From positions 3,706 to 67,705 of the forward strand of contig DAOWGI010000031.1 in the NCBI GenBank assembly GCA_030637655.1: a stretch of 64,000 nucleotides of DNA. The letters run 5' to 3'. This document shows, one piece after another, positions 58,742 to 64,000 of the stretch. The notes beneath the pieces were generated by a model. The model ran no database searches. It was not told the origin of the DNA and saw nothing but the letters and a program-made list of their open reading frames with translations. Numbering within the stretch: the first letter of the stretch is position 1; each line of letters begins with the position of its first letter. The translations under genes and the position numbers were made by a program. Source of the stretch: a candidate division FCPU426 bacterium (lineage in GTDB: Bacteria; Oederibacteriota; JAAXVQ01; JAUVAV01).

Positions 58742-61369
58742 ATGCAAAGCAATGAAATCCGTCGAAAATTCATTGAGTATTTTAAAGAGCGTGGTCATAT
58801 CCATCAACCCAGCGCCGGCCTGGTGCCGGATGATCCGACTGTGCTTTTTACAGTGGCAGGTATGGTCCAGTTCAAGCCGTATTTTATGGGAACCGGTGCC
58901 AAACCCTTTACCCGGGCCGTGACTTCACAGAAATGCCTGCGAACCAATGATATTGAAAATGTAGGTTTTACGCCCCGGCACCATACTTTTTTTGAGATGC
59001 TGGGTAATTTTTCTTTTGGTGATTATTTTAAAAAGGAGGCCATTGTCTGGTCCTGGGAGTTTTTAACCAAGGTTATTGGTTTGGATCAGGACAAACTCTG
59101 GGTTACTATTCACCGTGAGGATGATGAAGCGTATACGATCTGGAAAGAAGAGGTTAAAATTCCCGAAAAACGGATTGTGCGTATGGGAGAGGAAACTAAC
59201 TTCTGGACCATGGGAGAGACCGGGCCGTGTGGTCCCTGCAGTGAAATTCTCTATGATATTGGTCCGGTAGCCGGCAAACCCGAAGCCGGACCGGATGAGG
59301 ATGAGGATCGCTATTTGGAAGTATGGAATTTGGTGTTTACTCAATACGACCGGCAGGCGGACGGCAGCAGGCAACCTTTGCCCCAAAAAAATATTGATAC
59401 CGGCATGGGGTTGGAGCGTTTGGTCGCGGTCAGTCAAGGAGTTCCAACCAATTTTGATACGGATTTGTTCCAGCCGTTGATTCAAGCCATTGCCAAAGAA
59501 ACCATGACGCGATATGGCAAGGATGCCAAAAGTGACAGCTCCCTGCGCGTGATCGCGGATCACATTCGCTGCGCTGCCTTTCTGATAACAGACGGCATAT
59601 TGCCCGGCAATGAGGGTCGCGGCTATGTGTTGCGCCGGATTTTGCGCAGGGCAGTGCGGCATGGGAAATTGTTGGGGACCAGTGATGTTTTTCTGTATCG
59701 CTTAGTTCCTTATGTGGTGGAGCTGATGAAAGGCGCCTATGGGGAGATTGCCGAACGTCGCGAGCATGTAGTGGCTGTGGTCAAGGGGGAAGAAGACCGC
59801 TTTCAACATACGCTGGATTCCGGTCTGGCCATATTAAACGATATTATTGCGGAGATGAAAAAGGAGAAAAAAAGCAGTATTCCCGGCAAACAAATTTTTC
59901 AACTGTATGATACCTACGGTTTTCCTCTGGATTTGACCAGGGAAATTGCGCAGGAGCATAAACTGGTTTTAGATGAGGCAGGTTTTGAGCAGGCCATGAA
60001 AGAACAACGTGAGCGCGCTCGTTCTGCCTGGGTGGGTAGCGGTGAGAAAGATTTCGCGCCCCTGATTCGTGAGCTGGGCGGGAAATTGACGCCTACTCAT
60101 TTTTGCGGATACCAGGAGTACAATACCAATGCGCAGGTTATGGCCGTGATCCATAAAGATAAGCAGGTTGAGCAGGCACAGGCCGGGGATGATATTATTG
60201 TGGTTCTCAACCACTCCACTTTCTATGCGGCTTCCGGCGGTCAAGTGGCGGATCAGGGAGAAATTATTACCGCGAACGGTAAAATGGAAGTCACTAATGT
60301 GTTGAAAAGTCCGGAAGGCTTGTATTTGCATTACGGCCAGGTAAGGCAGGGCAAGATAAGGCTGAATGAATCCGTAAAGGCGGCGATTAAACATTCCGAG
60401 CGTCGCGCTACAGTCCGGAATCATACGGGTACGCATCTTTTACACGCAGCTTTGCGTCAGGTATTGGGCAAGCATGTGGAACAAGCCGGATCAGAAGTGC
60501 GGCCGGCTGGCTTCCGTTTTGACTTTAGCCATTTCCAGGCAGTCACGCAACGGGAATTGGATCGCGTTGAAGAAATTGTGAATGTCCATATTCTGGAAAA
60601 TCAACCGGTTGTGATCCAGGAAGTAGCAATCGAGGAAGCCAAAGCCAGGGGCGCGATGGCTTTGTTCGGTGAAAAGTACGGAGACGTAGTGCGCATGGTA
60701 CAAATCGAAGAATTTTCCTGTGAATTATGCGGTGGCACGCATGTGCGGGCAACCGGAGATATCGGTATGGTTCGCATTACTTCTGAAGCCGGCGTGGCGG
60801 CCGGTGTGCGTCGGATCGAGGCCATTACCGGGGACTATGCTTTTCGGGAAACTAAACGCCAACAGTTGGTGCTGCGGGATGTGAGTGGAATTCTGCGTAC
60901 CGCGGAAGCCGAGATTCCCACCCGGGTCGAGAAATTGCTGGCACGGGTCCGGGAACTGGAAAAAGAGAAGGAAAAAAATCAGCTCAAGCAAGCCGGTAAA
61001 AATGTTGACGATTTGGTAAAGCAGGCGCAGAATATAAACGGCATTACCTACATTGCGGCGGAATTGTCCGGATTTAATTCCAATGCCTTGCGGGCTGCAG
61101 CAGATATACTAAAACAAAAGCTGGGTTCAGGTATGGTGGTCTTGGGCAGTGTGGCAGAAGGCAAAGCCTCATTGATTGCCGCGGCGACCAAAGATCTAGC
61201 CGGTAAAAAGATACATGCCGGGAATTTGGTGCGTGAAATTGCCAAGCAGATTGAGGGGTCGGGCGGTGGCCGGCCTGATTTTGGACAAGCAGGCGGAAAA
61301 AAACCTGAACAGATGGCTAAAGCGTTGGAAGCCACCAAGGCCGTTATTGAAAAAATGACGGCGAATTAA
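58742..61369 (+). CDS. alaS: Alanine--tRNA ligase
   Basis: LFTVAGMVQFK, HHTFFEMLGNFSFGDYFK, DTGMGLER, editing HTGTH and ELCGGTH, GGG.P C-terminus. Confidence 0.99.
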   Translation: MQSNEIRRKFIEYFKERGHIHQPSAGLVPDDPTVLFTVAGMVQFKPYFMGTGAKPFTRAVTSQKCLRTNDIENVGFTPRHHTFFEMLGNFSFGDYFKKEAIVWSWEFLTKVIGLDQDKLWVTIHREDDEAYTIWKEEVKIPEKRIVRMGEETNFWTMGETGPCGPCSEILYDIGPVAGKPEAGPDEDEDRYLEVWNLVFTQYDRQADGSRQPLPQKNIDTGMGLERLVAVSQGVPTNFDTDLFQPLIQAIAKETMTRYGKDAKSDSSLRVIADHIRCAAFLITDGILPGNEGRGYVLRRILRRAVRHGKLLGTSDVFLYRLVPYVVELMKGAYGEIAERREHVVAVVKGEEDRFQHTLDSGLAILNDIIAEMKKEKKSSIPGKQIFQLYDTYGFPLDLTREIAQEHKLVLDEAGFEQAMKEQRERARSAWVGSGEKDFAPLIRELGGKLTPTHFCGYQEYNTNAQVMAVIHKDKQVEQAQAGDDIIVVLNHSTFYAASGGQVADQGEIITANGKMEVTNVLKSPEGLYLHYGQVRQGKIRLNESVKAAIKHSERRATVRNHTGTHLLHAALRQVLGKHVEQAGSEVRPAGFRFDFSHFQAVTQRELDRVEEIVNVHILENQPVVIQEVAIEEAKARGAMALFGEKYGDVVRMVQIEEFSCELCGGTHVRATGDIGMVRITSEAGVAAGVRRIEAITGDYAFRETKRQQLVLRDVSGILRTAEAEIPTRVEKLLARVRELEKEKEKNQLKQAGKNVDDLVKQAQNINGITYIAAELSGFNSNALRAAADILKQKLGSGMVVLGSVAEGKASLIAAATKDLAGKKIHAGNLVREIAKQIEGSGGGRPDFGQAGGKKPEQMAKALEATKAVIEKMTAN

Positions 61370-61371
61370 CC

Positions 61372-61682
61372 GTAGGGGCGCACTGAGTGCGCCCGATCAA
61401 CATATGCCTGTAGGGGCGAGATGACCTCGCCCACACAACTGAAATTCTTTGCAAAATGGAAAGAAAATTAACCGCCGATACACGCAGATAAACGCAGATA
61501 TTTATAGCTTAATGGATAAAAAAGATTTTTAATTTGCGTATATCGGCGTGTATCGGCGGCTAAATTTGATTCCGGCTTGTCCGGGTTAGGTTATTAGAAT
61601 TTCGAATTTGCATTAATGTGTAGGGGCGACCCTGGCGGTCGCCCGATCAACAAATGCCGTAGGGGCGAGGTCACCTCGCCCA
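61372..61682. repeat. REP doublets flanking a ~130-bp hairpin element
   Basis: GTAG-REPs at 61372, 61410, 61620 and 61659; hairpin element at 61460-61590. Confidence 0.85.
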
Positions 61683-61704
61683 CACAATTCAAGGAGGTTT
61701 TACC

Positions 61705-62076
61705 ATGGATCATTTTAAAAAAATCTTTTTAGCAGGTGTAGGGGCGCTTAGTCTTTCCAAGGACCGAGCTAAAATTGTGGTCCGGGAACTTATTGCCCAA
61801 GGCAAAATCCGGGAAAAAGAGGGCCGCAAATTGGTGAACGATATGATGAAACGCGCTGAAAGCACGCGCAAAGATGTTGAGCATACCATCAATGAACAAG
61901 TGGCTGTTGCTGTTAAGAAGATCAATCTGGTAACCCAAGATCAGCTAAAAAAAACGGAACGTCGCATCCATGATTTGGAGCGTGAACTGGCCAGGAAAAA
62001 CAAGACCGCGTCGACTGCCAGGAAGACAGTAAAAAAAACCACGACTGTTCAAAAAAAATCTAGTGAAAACAGTTAA
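61705..62076 (+). CDS. Phasin/PhaF-like (DUF-type) coiled-coil protein
   Basis: KKIFLAGVGALSLSKD...ELIAQGKI..KEG pattern; upstream of an AarF kinase. Confidence 0.75.
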   Translation: MDHFKKIFLAGVGALSLSKDRAKIVVRELIAQGKIREKEGRKLVNDMMKRAESTRKDVEHTINEQVAVAVKKINLVTQDQLKKTERRIHDLERELARKNKTASTARKTVKKTTTVQKKSSENS

Positions 62077-63750
62077 ATGATTCTGCTTCCAAATATTGGC
62101 AATGCCATTCAGGATATCAATCGTTTTGGTGAGATTCTGACAATTTTAACCCGTCATGGGTTTGGTTTTTTTATTGATCGCTTGCATTTGGAAGGGTATT
62201 TGCCGGCTAAAAGCCGGGTAACACGCCAAAAAAAAATCACAGCCTCAGTACCAACACGTATACGTCTCATGCTGGAGGAATTGGGTCCTACCTTTATTAA
62301 AATGGGCCAAATACTTTCCATGCGTCCGGACCTCCTGCCCCCGGACTTTATCAAGGAATTATCCAAATTACAAGACCGGGTCGCTCCCTTTACAGAACCC
62401 AGCGCAGAAAGTATTGTTTACGATGCCTTGGGCGGTCCGGTGAGTAAAATATTTAAATCCTTTACTAAAACTCCGTTCGCAGCTGCCTCCATTTCCCAGG
62501 TGCATGCGGCTGTGACCAAAGACAATAAAAAAGTAGTGGTAAAAGTACAGCGGCCCGGATTAAAACGTGTAGTGGAGTCGGATCTGGAGATTTTACGGTT
62601 TTTGGCTCGAGCTTGGGAAAAGCTGGGAGACGTGGCTCTACCGCGAAAGCCGGTTGAGTTTATCGATGAATTTGAACAAATTATTATCGCGGAATTGGAT
62701 TTTATGACCGAGGCCCGGCATCTGGAACACTTTACCAAAAATTTTAAAAACCGTCCAGGCTATCATTTTACCAAAGTATATTGGTCCCTGACATCCTCCC
62801 GGTGCTTGACTTTAGAGTATATCGAAGGCAGGAAACTGACCGATTTACCCAACCGTATGACCACAGACGCGAAAAGCAAACTAGCTCAATCCTTGTTTGA
62901 TGCCTACATTTACATGACTTTGGAGGATCGCTTTTTTCACGCTGACCCGCATGCCGGTAATTTCATACTGACGGTCGAGAACAAATTGGCTTTTTTGGAT
63001 GCCGGACAAGTAGGACGTTTAGATACGGAAACAGTGGTCGCATTTACCGATATGCTCCTGGCCTTGGTAAGTAAAGACAGCGACAATTTGGTGGACGCCT
63101 ATTTGCGCTTGGGTACCGCGGATGAGGGTGTTGATCGCCGGAGGTTAAAGCGCGATACCGGAATTTTTTTAGAACAGTATTATGATTTTCCAGTGGAACG
63201 GATATCATTTGGCAAAGCCTTGCAGGATTTGATCGGCTTGAGTATGAAATACCGCATTACCTTGCCGCCGGATTTTGTCATTCTGGCTAAAACTTTTCTA
63301 GGTGTGGAAGGCCTGGCCAGAAAACTGAACCCAGAATTGAACTTGATAGATGCAGTCCAACCCATGGCTGAGGTTATTCTACGCCGTCGTTACAAGCCGG
63401 AACAGATTGCCCGCGTGTTGTATGACCAACTGCAGGATCTTTGGCGGTTTTTAAAAGGTTTGCCCAATCAATTGCAGGACCTGTTGGGAAAGTTGCAGCA
63501 TGGCCGGTTAAAGATTGAATTTGAGCACAAAGGACTGGAAGAGCTGCAGCACAAGCTGGATCGAGTCGGAAATCGGCTCTCGTTTTCCCTGGTCATTGCG
63601 GCCTTGATTGTGGGCTCTTCCTTGATTTTATCTTCGCAGATTGGTCCTAAGTGGGGAGGATTTTCCATCTTAGGCTTGATTGGCTTTTTGATGTCAGGTT
63701 TTTTTGGCTTTCTGCTGATCATCGCCATATTGCGTTCCGGCCGCATGTGA
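62077..63750 (+). CDS. AarF/UbiB (ABC1) family atypical kinase
   Basis: EELGPTFIKMGQ, LQD, AASISQVH, VKVQRP, ELDF, FFHADPHAGN, LDAG; two C-terminal TMs. Confidence 0.94.
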   Translation: MILLPNIGNAIQDINRFGEILTILTRHGFGFFIDRLHLEGYLPAKSRVTRQKKITASVPTRIRLMLEELGPTFIKMGQILSMRPDLLPPDFIKELSKLQDRVAPFTEPSAESIVYDALGGPVSKIFKSFTKTPFAAASISQVHAAVTKDNKKVVVKVQRPGLKRVVESDLEILRFLARAWEKLGDVALPRKPVEFIDEFEQIIIAELDFMTEARHLEHFTKNFKNRPGYHFTKVYWSLTSSRCLTLEYIEGRKLTDLPNRMTTDAKSKLAQSLFDAYIYMTLEDRFFHADPHAGNFILTVENKLAFLDAGQVGRLDTETVVAFTDMLLALVSKDSDNLVDAYLRLGTADEGVDRRRLKRDTGIFLEQYYDFPVERISFGKALQDLIGLSMKYRITLPPDFVILAKTFLGVEGLARKLNPELNLIDAVQPMAEVILRRRYKPEQIARVLYDQLQDLWRFLKGLPNQLQDLLGKLQHGRLKIEFEHKGLEELQHKLDRVGNRLSFSLVIAALIVGSSLILSSQIGPKWGGFSILGLIGFLMSGFFGFLLIIAILRSGRM

Positions 63751-64000
63751 TGAAAAAAACCGGACGTGTCCTGGGTCTGGATTTTGGCGCTCGCCGGATT
63801 GGAGTGGCTATATCAGATCCTTTGGGCATTACTGCCCAGCCACTTACCACCATTCGCAATAAAAAAGCGACCTGCCTGTCAGAACTGACCCAACTTATTC
63901 TGGAGAAAGAGGTCATCCTGTTGGTGGTCGGCTTACCGCGGCACATGAGTGGCCAGGAGGGTGAAAAAGCGCTGGCTGCCAGGGAGTTTGGGGAACGCTT
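63750..64000 (+). CDS. ruvX: Holliday junction resolvase-like RuvX/YqgF, 3'-truncated
   Basis: Hand translation from ATG 63750: MKKTGRVLGLDFGARRIGVAISDPLG...LVVGLPRHMSG; absent from the ORF track because it runs off the window. Confidence 0.93.
   Translation, partial: MKKTGRVLGLDFGARRIGVAISDPLGITAQPLTTIRNKKATCLSELTQLILEKEVILLVVGLPRHMSGQEGEKALAAREFGER

Overview
Chromosomal window from a diderm bacterium: it encodes Lnt, several outer-membrane beta-barrels and a TolB-like protein, yet has Firmicutes-like yicC-remA-gmk-rpoZ-coaBC...priA-def-fmt synteny. A candidate-phylum lineage is my inference, not tested. The first ~31 kb is an accessory island of three giant genes (>2433 aa and truncated by the window edge, 3306 aa, 2260 aa) plus two YD/RHS-like secreted proteins. 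The two complete giants share an extended signal peptide and a ~450-aa N-terminal domain with a TIKI/TraB/ChaN-like motif pattern. All three share a ~100-aa C-terminal region ending in small residues (GAAA, DSSA, TGAA). Between these conserved ends lie unrelated modules separated by hydrophobic hairpins: a SecA/SF2-like ATPase, GGDEF domains and HExxH zincins. This constant-ends, variable-cargo family is the best candidate for an undescribed system. The remainder is mostly housekeeping (clpB, udg, rnpB, aroF, recX, alaS, ruvX), interleaved with two S8 protease + PorV-like gene pairs and a Thr/Pro-rich protein, all three secreted proteins carrying T9SS-like C-terminal domains. Intergenic DNA is crowded with several families of REP/MITE-like palindromes, including a MITE with an 8-bp target-site duplication, a compensated long-hairpin pair, twin elements bracketing rnpB, and a REP-like helix inside the RNase P RNA. 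All calls are from reading the sequence by eye; no searches were run.
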